A DNA stretch of 62,135 bases, filler included, from Basidioascus undulatus (lineage: Eukaryota), in NCBI GenBank assembly GCA_000826855.1. It is 13 parts of 13 records of this genome, joined end to end, with 100 filler letters (N's around TTAATTAATTAA, not from the genome) between each part and the next. Parts side by side here need not be neighbours in the genome. Positions count along the whole stretch, not along the records: positions 1 to 23,977 come from JTLS01000252.1; 12 more parts are not named here. One strand, 5' to 3'. Position numbers and translations under genes: made by a program. Under the pieces are notes generated by a model. It searched no databases and had not been told where the DNA came from. It worked only from the letters and a program-made list of their open reading frames with translations. Shown here in pieces: positions 1 through 12,702 of the stretch. How positions within the stretch are numbered: the first letter of the stretch is position 1; every line of letters starts with the position of its first letter.

Positions 1-2158
1 ACTAGAAAGGATAGGAAGAGGGAGGGTGACTGGCGTAAAGTAGATTGTCAGCTCAATTCTAAGTATAGCTCCTTCCGGGGGTCCGACTGCTGGTATCCAC
101 CTCGACACCACCGCAACATGGGCCAGATACCTTCTTACGGAGATAATCTTCCAATACTTCAAAGGTCTTGGCAAGAAAATCTGAGAACTCTAAAGGAAGA
201 ACTGAAGCTCCTTATGCAGCGAATGGATGGGACGGATCAGTTGGCAGTCCGTTGCCCCATCGGTGCTGGAATTTTCGAAGGTCTGGGCTGTGACTGTGCT
301 AATTCTTCCTTCTTTTTTTGTAGACATATGAGGGAATCTTCGTGCAAACACAGTGCAGCAGGTGTGTTGTCGTAAACAGCGAAGATGAAATGACTGTGTG
401 TTCAAAGCCAAAGCAAACTTCCCACTTCATCCAAGTCCGGAAGTCCTCCTAGGACAGCCGCTACATTTCCTGAAACCTTAAAAGTGTCCTTTTGAAGGGT
501 GTCTTTCTCTTAGATTGCACCAACCACCTAGCCGCCCCGCGTGCAGCTCCCTTCTTCAGAACTGCTTGTCCTTAAGATTGAGCATTTATTGCCTCGTTTC
601 CAGAGGCACCGGACGTCGCAAGTGAAAAAAGGGAAGTATCGATTCTCCGGTATTATGGCCCAGTACTTCTGCCCCATCACCCCGGAAATCTGCAGACGAC
701 TTGGAGGCGTGAGTGAGGAGATAGACCCAGAGGACCCGAATTGCTGGTACAGCGATGCTCGAAAAATCTGGTGCATGGAAAACGTCGAAAGGGTTTCGAG
801 CTAGTGTGGAACCAGGTTGTTAAAAAAATAAAAAATAAACCCCTTGGGTGCGAGCGTCTGCTGCTCATCAGGAGGTTCAAGAGACTTTCGCTCCATCTGA
901 AGGTTGAGGAATGTTATGGAACAGGGACAAACACTTGAATCCTCCTCTAGGATAAATTTCATCTCCAATTTTGGCTCAGATATGCACCGAGAGTACTCGC
1001 AGGACTGGCTGGCCAGTTCAGGCCACCCGCACTTCATTCTTTAACCAAGGCGTCTGTGCCGTTCGAGCACCCCAACTGACCCACATAGACTCAACTGGTA
1101 TAGCTCAAGGTGACTGAAAAGCCCAATTTCCATGAAGAGGAAGTAGAGACTTTGTAAATGGGTAGCCCGTTCTTCCACATCGTGCAGCCGTGCTTCTCTA
1201 GAGCTCGGCCAGGTCTTCGCCGACCAGTACTTGCCTTTTTTGCCTGTGTCTATCGTGGGTTTCGAATTTATCCAAGGGAATTTTAGAGAGGCCACAATAG
1301 GCAATATGGTGAATACCAAACATTGAGCAATTTGCAGACATGGCAGACAAAGGAGAACGCTTGAGCCGCCTCAGACGTGCAATGCCGCCGCCCATTTCAG
1401 TCGTGCTTTATTGCTAAATTAAGCCCGGGTATAAATTTCACCTATTTATCTATTCGTCTCTATCACCATCACTCTGACCGTCACTATGTACAGATGCACC
1501 CTACGCTCTGCCGCAAGCCTCGCCGCCCCTACCCCACGCACCTGGCCGCGCCCGCTCCCAGTGTCGTAGCTATCCTCGCTCCGCTTGCGGCGTACTTCCA
1601 TTCCCATTCCCTACAAATTCCAGGCCCCTTTCTCTGCCAATTCATTGGGTACCAATCCCCGCGATGCTACAGCACGACCGGCAGGTCCCAGACCTGGGAC
1701 TCCCGCTTGCGGGACCCGCACGAATATCACTTCGACCTCTCCACGAGACACATCTGGGCGCCTCGAACACTCTTAGCCGAATCGTGTCCGACCCGCAGCT
1801 CGGGAATGACATTGTGCTGCTCAGCATGACCCACATGGATCATCGGTGCCGTCAGCCGGAAAACACTGCCCCGGTAGTTCCCCCTCTACTGTGACGATTC
1901 AAGGTGACAGTGCTAAATCAAGGCTGGAAATACTGCAGGCCAAGAAAGCTTTCAGCCTCATAGCAGACTGTGGTTGGGGGCAGACGGAGTCGGAGTTGAG
2001 GCGAGAATGGATGCGGAAAAACTTTCCGGACAATGCATGGAAGTGCCATGTAGGTTGATTACTTTGCGCCGATATAGGACGGGCCCCGCATGTAAGCAGG
2101 AAACATCATTGCAGTGCCTGAAAGGAAACTGTCACTCCGTCGTCGCACAGACCAAGAA

Positions 2159-2948
2159 TTAGCTACTTAACTTGAAGTAAATCTCATAAAAGCTTAAATC
2201 TGAATGCGTTGAGTTGCAATCTGGTACTGAAACGTATCCGATATTGGTGCGCTCGGTGGACATTATCATGGTACGGGACATGCTAGTACATACCGCAGAG
2301 CTGAGGGAGCACGCGAAGTAGACTCGGCAGCGTGAACGGCTCGGTCGAGGCGAGCGTCCAATCGACTCGGCAGCCACCTCGAGTGTCAGGTGTTCAAGCT
2401 TGACGAAGGCGCAGCGCGTTGAGGCTGTCTGCAGGTGAGTTCGAGAATGCGACCTCGAGAGATCGCAGTGTGCCACCAGCGTTAGCAGCGAGCGCGTGCA
2501 TAATCGAGGGCTCAATGCCATACTCTGAAAACACGGCATCCACGAGACAGCGGATGAACGAAAGGATATGCGCCAGAGACGCTAGGTTAAGGTCCGCGGG
2601 TTCGCCATGGACCTCGAGCATGTAAATGTAATGAAAGGGCCGCCACCCGGCACGATCAAGCCTGATGAGGAGATCGAATGCTTCGATCGAGGCTTTGTCT
2701 TTCAGGCCCACAGAGTGATACCGAAGAGGTTCGGACACCCGCTGAGAATGGTATAAGGCGGGAGGGATATAAGATTCCACCCCGCCGGTAACAATCGATG
2801 GGTACAAAGCATTCCAGACTCGGGACACGAGCGCTATTGAATGGGCCAGCCGGCAAATCCCCCGTGAAAACCCGTCGTTCATGTGCCCGCCGATGGCAAA
2901 CTCGAAGATGCGGAACCACAGCTCGACTGGTAGCTGACGAGGCGCCAT
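2159..2948 (-). pseudogene. F-box/LRR-like protein, frameshifted
   Basis: The N-terminus MAPRQLPVELWFRIFEFA is F-box-like. LRR-like segments LRSLEVAF and FVKLEHLTLEV lie in different frames, with the shift near 2410. Confidence 0.55.
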
Positions 2949-3362
2949 TGGTGAGGAAGGGATGGAGGATGTGAGGGAGAGGAGAAGATGAGTGTATGTC
3001 GGCGAGCGTCTCCCTTAGTCCGCATTCACGTCGCCGGGACCATCGGTCGTACGCGTGATCTTATCGGGGCTATCCTTAGGATTGAAGATGTTTCCCACTT
3101 CGCGTCGGAGACGGAAATAATGTGCAACTGATGGGAACCGGTCTCGAGGGGGGCTCTTAGATTATCTGGGACGCTGTACACTCGGCCTGGAGGCGGCACT
3201 CACAAGCAGCCGGAGCTACACGTCGAAGCAACGACGACGCGTCGGCCCCAACCAACATTGGCCAAGATGCAAAGGCCAAAGCGAAAGTGGTATCAATAGA
3301 AAACGGCAAAGAAACAGCCCGCAGCGAATCCCAAAGAAAGGTCTAGCCCCCATGGAGGACCC

Positions 3363-5547
3363 TTACACAGGCGCTATAGGCAGCGCACCCTTCTCTTGGT
3401 TGGTCCTGCACACCAGCAAGACGTCAGGGGTTAATCAATGCATTTACGCAGCAGCAGTGAAGCGTGGGAGGACGACACACCGCAAAGAGTAGTCGCCGTG
3501 CTGCGTGATGTACCGGACCCACGGCAGCGCCTGGTACCCGCTCTTCTCAACGATCTTGAGGTAGCGAACTTGGATGCCGGAGACCTGTTATCCCGCACCC
3601 GAACCACAACCCAATCTCTGAGGCAAGTAAGCGCCGTACGAAGATAGATGAGCGAAAGGGGAAGACGCACGGTGAAGTAAGGGATCTCGAACTTGACGAG
3701 GATGGGGCGCTTGTGGTCGGTTTCGTCTGCGCATGAGCGCCAGGTAAGCATCGAATTGCGTACGCTAAAGACAACGCAAGGGAAGAAGGGCGAAAGGGCA
3801 GATGAGAGGATGAGCAAGACCTACCGCCCTTGACCGACGGCAAGCCAAATTGCGCGCGGAGCAGGAACTCCTTCCCTCCCGCAAGCTGCTTGATCTTCCA
3901 GACGAACGCGGACTTGTCGGGCGCGTAGTGGACCGAGCCCGTCGAAGCCTGTTCCACCAGTACAGCTCCTTCAATCTCCGAAACAGCAACGCTCGCAAGA
4001 CGATGCTGAAGCCGGGAGAGAGAGGAGGGCGGCGAGGGAAGGGATAACGCACCCTGAACTTGGGCGTATCCGCGTCGTCCGGCACAGGCACGTAGATCTC
4101 GACGTTGTTTGCCGTACTCCTGCGCTTGAACTGCGCCTTGACCTTGACCATGTACTCAACCCTGCTGCCCGAGTGGTGCTCGACGACGGCCTCGGCCCAG
4201 ATGAGAGGCTTGACGGGCGTGCTCAGCCGGTACGACATGAGCTCGAACTCGCCGTCGGGCGGGATGAACGAGATCGTGCGGTCGTTCTCGAACCGCGAGA
4301 GGCGCACGCATTGGTGGAACTTGACGTCTTCCATCTCGATCGACTTGCCGCGGGATGCTGTGGGGGAGAGGGACGGGTGTGAGAGTGTGAATGAGGGATG
4401 AAGAAGAACATAGCGATTCAAGGAGATGGGATGATGGACGAACCTCGGCCGGTCGACTCGAACATCACCTTGTCGTTCAGCCCTAACCGGAGCTCGGGCA
4501 TTCCGGACAGGTAGCACTTCATCTTGATCGCGCCGAGGATCTCGCTTCGGATGACATTGCCGTTGGCGTTCACCTGCGCAGGCCGGGAGGTTAAAGGTCA
4601 TCCCGCGTTTGCCATGACATCCGTCCGCCATCTCCTTCGTCCCCTGCGGGTCCGCGGCGCGCACCGCCTGCGCCTTTGTCTCTGCCAAGCAAAGTAAACT
4701 CGCACACTCACCAGCATGTTGACACTCTCGACCACATCCAAGAACACCTCGTTCTTGCGATACCGGATGCCCTCGGACCGCCAGGACACGGCGTTGGTGA
4801 CCGCCATCGGTGGCCGGACCTGCACCTCGAGCTTGTATGACTCCTGGGTGATGTACCTATCCAAAGGGGCAGTCCATCAGCGTAAACGCCGCTACCCGGA
4901 GGAGGAAATGCTGGGGTCATGGACGCACTCCTGCAAAATCTTGGACTCGGTCGTTTGCGGGAACCCGAAGTCCATCATCTCGTCCAGGAGCTCATAGATG
5001 ATCACGAAGTTATCACGGATCGACTCCTCCTCAAGCTCTTTGAAGTACTCGGTAAGAACCTGCAGTATCCTCCCTCATCGGTAAGGGCATTCGGGAAGGG
5101 ACAGTTGGCGCGGGCCAAGGACGGCCAGGCGTACGGAGGCGAGTTTGTGGAGGAAGAGGATAATTTCGGCGGCGTTGGAGTTGCTTTTAGAGATGGCGAG
5201 GACTGAGGGGGTGGGAGAGAGGTCGGACACGGTTTCGGGGAGGGGGGAGAGGACAGTGGACGCACGGTACAGGTTGGAATGTCGGACGTGCATGTAGTTG
5301 ATGCCCTCGCTCGCTGGTGGCCTCCAGATGCGTCAGCACCCTAGTCCACCGACACCCTTCCTGAACAACCACACTTAGTACAGATAAGATACGCACAGAA
5401 GCAGGGGGTAACGGTCTGCATGTCCTCCTCCATCTCGAGCACGAGCGGCATGAAGCGCTCGATCGCGGAGAGCGGGATATCATCGCGGTATGACCGCTGG
5501 ATGAGGGACTTGCCCTTGAGGTCGAGAATCGCAACGATCGAGGCCAT
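3363..5547 (-). CDS. APM1: AP-1 adaptor complex mu-1 subunit (multi-exon)
   Basis: Spliced exons give MASIVAILDLKGKSLIQRSYRDD, YITQESYKLEVQVRPPMAVTNAVSWRSEGIRYRKNEVFLDVVE, EDVKFHQCVRLSRFENDRTISFIPPDGEFELMSYRL and SGYQALPWVRYITQ. Last exon ends at TAA 3363-3365. Confidence 0.95.
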
Positions 5548-8492
5548 CTCGGGCGGGGCGACAGCCGGCGCGGGCGGGCGAGCGAAGGGGGAAGCGGGCG
5601 AAAGGCGAATGAGTACGAGGGCGGGCTACAGTGCGATTCGAGCTGCTGCGCGCGGGCTATGTCAGGTCAGCTCCGAGTGGTGTACTCGGATCAATGTACG
5701 GGAATTTGTACAATTACAGGGCCGCTGGGAGTCTGCAAGATGGAGATAACGAAGCGAGAAGGTCGAGGTCGGCGTTCAGCGTGTGTGCGGGGGGACGTGA
5801 CGAGCCTCGACGCGCGGGCCCGCGGACTCGCAGTCTCCTTTCCGCGGAAGGCCATAGACGGCAGCCTTCTTTCAGCAAAAGCAGGACATTTCTTTTTGTA
5901 TACCGCTTACTCTGGCATAATTAACATCTCAGTCAAGAACCTTGCCTTCTGAAACTCACTCATCAACTGACCTCCGGCTGACGGCGAACAGAGACGGTTG
6001 CGCAGCCCGTCGTGAATGCTCAATGCAGTAACTGTGCAAATGCGCATTTGCAAGCGAAACAGAGTCCCAACCAAATCCCAACATTAGATTTGAGAAGTCA
6101 AAGCATTGACTACCACTTTCCCTCTTGTGATCTTTGGCCTCAAGCGGTCTGTCCTGGGGGTGTTCTCTCTCGTGAAGTACATTGTCATGACCTTGCCAGA
6201 CAGTATACAGAAAAGCTGATGAGAACGATTCTTCTTTCCAAAGACACCAAGATCAGCGGACATATCAACTTCACTTAACAGGATCTTCCACACAATCATC
6301 AAGGCACGGTATCCTATCGCAGTTGAGTGGCAGCAACCTATACTGCCAGCCAGCCGCTTGGTCCTGTCTTTCCTTTAATTCTCAGACATTAAGTCCTCGA
6401 GAAGCGTGCGCAGGGCAGATGGTATGACCAAGGAAATACTGTTCATTCTCGCCAAGAAAAGGCATCCCTTCCCGAAACCCCGCCAGGCCGCCCTAACTAC
6501 TTCCAGCTCAAGCAAGCGCGCACTATGACCCGCAGCCGCTGAAGCTTTGAGCACAACAGCAACAGCAACATATCAATCTAGTCCTACAACTGAGGAGATT
6601 GAAGACCGACGTACCCGAGTCTTCGATTGCGGCTCGCCCCTCTGCTCGCGCCCAAGAGCCGATAGACGGTCCATGTCCTTCTTGATCCGCCGCGCTTCCT
6701 TGAGCGATGGCCGGTACGACCTCGGGGCCAGCTGCTGAGCCTCTCATCAACTCCTTTCAAATAGGTCGGAGAGACACAAGAACGCGATACACATTATACT
6801 TGGGGCACCCGCAGCTTCTCGCCCCGTTCGGAATTTTAGAAGGGTCAATAGTGAGGAGACAGCTGGGAGGGCGAAAGGAATTTAATAAACCCTATGGTTA
6901 TACGTCACGGATGAATGTCATTAAAGGGATGTTTGGAAAGCACGTTGAGCTGCTAGTGTTTCGTCGCAAGCCAGCGGCTCTGTCGCGACGGTTCCTCATG
7001 GGCTCAGTTCCGAATTCCTGCCTGCACATTGCTTAATAGAAGGAGAGACGGAATTATGTAAGAGCTTTCCTGGCTCGGAACTAGTAGATTTAAAGCGCGG
7101 CATACCGTTGCAGCCTCCGTATGCACCGTGCGGCAGGCCACGGTAGCCATCGCCTAAGAACCCGTTCGAGAACCCACCCATGGAAGAAACTCGGTTGCAT
7201 CTGAAAGGCAACTGCTTTTCGGTTTCAACTCAATCTCAGTCAAATGCCTCGAATGAGCTTGAAGTTGAGTTAGGCTTCGCGGGTGCACCTTCCGCTGTCT
7301 TCAAAGAGGTTGCGAGTTGCCCTGTTCACGCCATCGTCTATGACCTCTGCCGCTCATGGCTCAAACCCGTATCACACCTACCTCGCACCCTTCAGAACCT
7401 TCCGAAAGCAGAGCCGCAGTAGCACACCTATCAAACCGTCCCGAGTTCCAGGGAGACATGCATTTGGCCTTCACGCGCCCGCACGAGGTTGTTATCCGCC
7501 TTAGCCAGACGGCACCGCGCGAGTACGACACCTACATCTTGGCCGTCTTGCAGATGTCTTTGGGCGACACGGAACTTGCGTAAGACACAAGCTTCTTATG
7601 GGAAACTTGAGAGATGCTCACGCAGCCCGTATAGGTAGGGGAGATCCGCTGCGATCTCGCTTGTGTGCTCGTCGAGCGATTCGGCAAGAAGGCGGACGTT
7701 GAATGGTTGGGTCCTGTGAGTTGACTCGCGCTCAAAGCACACACTTGCGGCTCTGATATTTTTGTCGTTAAATGACGTTTCGCGAAGCAAACTCCCGGCT
7801 CGTGGATGGCGCTGATCGCATACATCTGGAAGATGCTGAGCTTCTGCACGACTCGCGCCGATCGCCTCGCGTGCTCCCAACTCTTAAAAGGCTTTCCCAG
7901 ACTGATGGACTCGGTGCGTACATCAACCATTGTGACTTGTCTCCGCATGTCCGTATATTCATACCTCTACCCGTTTCTAATAGTTCTGGAGAGATCGGGA
8001 GATTCTACAGAAGGAGGCCTCCAATTCCGTCGTGTGGGCCGCAAGGGTGCCGGAACGGTCGTTTCTCTGCCGTGGCAGTCTGAGCGGAGAGGTGGAAGGA
8101 GGTGCGATAATCTCTCCGCTACAGATAAGCGTCATCAGTTTCAACCCGGCTACAGATTGACGGAAGACCACGGCCGCACGGTGCCCTTCCTCAATCTCTT
8201 ATGGCGCGCCGCGGCCGACTCCACCCTATCCTCCCTCGCTGCCGACACCCTCCGCAAAATTTTAAGCCAGCCCGCCTTTCCGTCGCCGCGGTCATATTTG
8301 CTATCGAGCCCCCCTCTATCCTCCGACGCAGCAGTGACCACATCGCGCACGCGCCGACTGTCACAGTCGCTGCTTTGCAGATCGAACTTCTTACGAGCCT
8401 CGTAAACCTTTCCGGCGGGACGGCGTACGGCTCGTCCGACAGAGTGCGGGAATGTGTCCAGCGGTTTAGGGATCCAGTAGAGACTGCTGTGT

Positions 8493-8553
8493 ACCGCTTG
8501 AAGAGGGACGCGACCGCTTGAAGAGGGACGCGACCGCTTGAAGAGGGACGCGA
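8493..8553. repeat. 20-bp tandem repeat x3 (ACCGCTTGAAGAGGGACGCG)
   Basis: Three exact adjacent copies read directly from the sequence. Confidence 0.95.
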
Positions 8554-8856
8554 GCGGTCCGACGTGGGATGGCATGATTATTGAGTTGGTGGCCGCTGGT
8601 TTACACTGCTACAGGTCATTTTTACTCGGCCTGTTCCGCTGTGCGTCCTTTCGTAAATTGTGTAGCATGATTCGTGATAGAATTCGACGCACCCGAGGCC
8701 ATGCCGCGCATGGATGGGTTCGCGCGGGCTTGTGGGAGTTCGTCTTCTCCCCCCGTCACACTTCGAGAGCCTTGAAAGACAAGGTCACCTGGGTGCGCCG
8801 GTCCTAGCTTCCTCCGAGGCTGCTCTTTTCTCAAAGTTTTACCTTTCCCCTCCCAT

Positions 8857-11800
8857 TCAGGTCTTGTTATCAGCCTCTTCGACATCCTTCAGCTGCGCGT
8901 CCAGGAGTCCGCCGAGCTTCTGCGGCTTTCGTGCACACACTTGAACAAGGTCATCGAGGAGTTCAGACGGGTGTTGCTGAGGGCATCTGAGATTCGGCAG
9001 ACATCGACGTCGCGCGCTACTCTGATGCGAGCTTGGAACCCGCTCTTAGCGAGAATCATACGGAAGAAGGATTGACCTTCAGTGCAGTCTTGCAGCTTGC
9101 GAGAAGCTCACGGTCAAGCGGTGTACTGGCTGTCGCGAGTGGATCTACTGCAGTCGAAAGCACCAGAAAAACTACGTTTAACCCAACTTGTTTTTTTTAT
9201 CATGTCCGCTGACTGCGGAAACACAAGTAGGGACTGGAGACACAAAGCGGATTGCAGGGGGTTGTATCGAGCGGTTGAGCAGCGGTCATGAAATCGTTCC
9301 GCTGTGGTGCCTTCGGGCACGCAGTCGACAGTAGATCCTGGCAGGCGTTCTCATACTTCGAGCAACACAATTCATGTCGACAGCACCCCAAACTCATCCA
9401 CGAGAGCTTGCAGCGCGTCAGCACTCTTGCCGCCCATCTCCCAAGTCATGGCGAACTCGCGCAGAAAGCCGAGCACGAACTGCAGGTCCACGTTCGCACT
9501 CGCGCGGCGCAGCAGCTCCGCCGTCTCGGTGTCGGTAGACACGGAGGGGAGGATGTCGAGCCCCACGCTGAGCAGGAGTAAGATCGTGCCGGCTGCGAAA
9601 GCGGAGCTGAACAATGCAGTCAGCGTCGTTCCGGGTTTCAGGGAGAAGGGCGGTGTTAACGGACTGCGCGCTTACTTGCGTAGGATAACTGGTGCTTTCC
9701 CAGCACCAAAGCGTTCCTGCTGCACCCGCAAGAGGCTGACAATGTTGTTCGCGGCCAGCTCACACTTGGCGATCGACGTAGCGCTCGCTTCGGTCTGGCC
9801 AACCCGAACGACAAATGGGCGGTGGAGGAGGATCTGGAAGGTGTACGCGAGGTTGTTGAGTGTGATGAGGCTGCCGCCCCTCGGTTACACGTCAGGGTCA
9901 TTTAGAGGCTGCAGCTGCGGACACCCAAGACTAACTGCGTAAAGATCAGAGCATCGGCCTTCGATGGATCGACGCAAAGAACAGAAGGGATCTCGCTCCA
10001 CCTGAAGCAACTCTCAGTCTGACTCTGAAGAGCTCGAAGAAAGATGAAAACTCACCACGCTTCAAGCTCCCTGTCCAGTCGTATCAAATCGCGCTGTCGC
10101 TCGGCAGCGCTCGTGCGCCGGACGTAAAGCTGCGAAATTACTTGGGCACCGATGACAGCCAACTGTGCGTGCGCACTGAAGCGGCAATGTCAGTTGCGCA
10201 GAATGGCCAACTCCACTGAAACGCTACATACCTGAAGGCTGTCTTCACGAATGGCGTAGTCGCCGCCGCGTCGAGGATGACGTCTTCTGGGACGACTGGA
10301 AGAGGCTGGTCGATTTCTTCTCGCAGCACGGTGCTGGCTCGACAGAGGTACGCGGACCACCATCTGTACGCGGAAGCAATGAATCGATGTCCACTGCGTG
10401 GAATTCAGAAGACATGCTCACGTGTCAACAATGGAGCACGTCCAGAAAGTTGTCCGACGGGCGGTGTCGAGCACAGGGCCCATCGTTCCCAGTTCATTGA
10501 TCTGCTGATCGCATTTCAGGTGCAAGCCAACTGCAGGTAGGGAAGTATGGGCGTGAGAGGCTGTGCTTCCTGTGCCAAACAAACTTGAACTCGGAGCGCA
10601 CAGTCTTGCGAGATGAAAACCGCTAGGCCTGATGACACTCCGTTCAGTTCCGAGGGGAAAGACAGATGGTATACGCCGATATTACCCTGATACATCCACG
10701 CCAAACGGCTGATGAAGCACCAAACCAGTTAGGGAGGTAAGAATCGAGATCGAGATAAGCCCAATGCGCTTACTCGTTGCTGCGGCCCACCATAAAGGAA
10801 GAGAGAGCCAGCAACCCTCGAATAGTGCTAAGTTTCGGATGCCTACCTTCATCCAGGATGAGGGCGCCGGCTGCCGAGGCGAAAATGTCGCCTCTTGTCG
10901 ACGGATCAAGAGGATCAGAGCAGATGTGCTCCGGCGGATCGTCGAGGAAGCGACAGCCGGTAGCGAGAAGTACAAGGTGGAGGAAGGGCGAGTAGTCGTA
11001 CGTCCTCTGCGCTGGGTTCTCTCGCATTGCTCTCCGGAAGAGAGCCTCGTCAACCACGTAGCCGAAGCTAATCTGGAAGTCGAAGGCGAGGCGGATGATG
11101 TGGTCATGGAGCAACGGCGAGAGAGATACGGGAAGGATCGGGGGCCCGAGGTACGATAGAAGGCTGGTATTCGGAAACGAGGGTGGCTTCGAAGGGATCG
11201 CGGGGGGATGAGAGAAGTGCGGGAGCTGTGGAGGCGAGGAAGGCGCCGAGGCAACCTCGGGGGCGATGGGAAGCATGACGGGCATGGACGACGTGGCTGA
11301 GACGGTGCGAAAGAAAGAAGATGTCGCCCCGACGTAACGAAGGTCTCCGTCCGGGCCGATCGAGACAATACCCGCTCCCAGCGGCTCCTCCACCGCGGCT
11401 TCATCGCGGAGGCCTGGGAGCGGCGAGGCGATCGAGGAAGGCGAGGTCTTCCGAGCTTCGGCTAGCTCGGCTTCGAGGACTTTGATGCGGTCTTCCAGCG
11501 AGGCGACATAGCGCTTCGAGTTCAGACTGGATGAGTGCAGTGCAATGTTAAGCCGGAGACAACAACCCTTTATAAGCGAAGAGCGCTTACGTTTTGCGGC
11601 CGTCCATCTTCTTACCGTACGAGCACTCGAGGCCACCGAGAGTACAACGATGGCATACGGGCTCTTCAGCTATGAGCAGGACTTGAGCTTGCGTAAGAAG
11701 GGTAGGACGTTCAAGTACTTTGGGCGACGCACCGTCGCACCGCACTTTGCGTTGGCGACACCTACATCGCACGGGTAAGCAGACCATCAAAGGCGACTCG

Positions 11801-11988
11801 TCTGATTACGTACTGATTGCATGCACTTGATGCATGAGTCCTAAGGAGTTAGATCAACAGGCGGTGAGTATACTCCGCGAACTGACGAAGGGACGATCAA
11901 GCAGGCCCTCGGTGCCTCACCTCTTTCGCTGCCTGGACGGCCCCCCTGTGGAGGTTTCTTGGTGCGTTCCGCTGTCTGACTGGATCAT
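8857..11988 (-). CDS. Zn2Cys6 (GAL4-like) fungal transcription factor; 3' end approximate
   Basis: The spliced zinc cluster reads ACNQCRQRKVRCDAEEPVCHRCTLGGLEC. It is followed by the coiled coil YVASLEDRIKVLEAEL and a fungal-TF middle region (YSPFLHLVLLATG, PKLSTIRGLLALS). Confidence 0.88.
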
Positions 11989-12702
11989 TCCTTGAGACGA
12001 AAGGCCGTCTGGCGTTTTCGAGAGAGAGAGCTAGATGATGAAGGGTAGAGAGCGCACGGAAACAAGTCAATTTTGGGTCGGACCGGGAGCCGGTCCGTGT
12101 CTACTGCCGGGTTTCGTGCCGTTATTGGACCGTTCGCGGACGGACGAAGAAATCAGCAGTCGAACGAGAACAGCTTCATAAGAGAACAGCTTCAAGGTGT
12201 ATTGCAAGCTTTAGTCTCGCCTCAAAAGCATACTCAGTCTCCCGACTTTTTTTTTTGTTCTGGGCACAAGTCACGCTCACATGCAGACATGTGCACACAT
12301 GTCTTGAACATACCCACTTTTCTGCAGCTTGTATGGGCAGGTCATTCCGAGTAAAGCCAAGGCTAACCCATGTTGTTCGAAAGGGTCGCATTCTTTGGGG
12401 TTGTTCCGCGGCAACTTTGACGAGGACGGAATATGGCATTTTGAGCATTATGAAAATGATGCGGTTGGGTTTATTAAACGCGCTCCTGTCCAGTTTATCT
12501 ACTGTCGACTCTAGTATCAATCACCCTAAAGTGCTCAGAGAAGTACAAGCCTCTGCATTTCCATCTCACTGCGACCTGGCACCACTCGAGACTGCACACT
12601 CGTACTGGCAGTATCAAAGAGGGTTCGGACTAAAAATAGATTTGTTTATTTGCTATTGTGAGATTTCAGAGTACCACTCGAGCAGTCATCGAGCCTCAGG
12701 CC

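Noticed and set aside
8493..8553. Direct repeats as a possible CRISPR array
   Set aside because: No spacers, no cas genes, and the DNA is eukaryotic.
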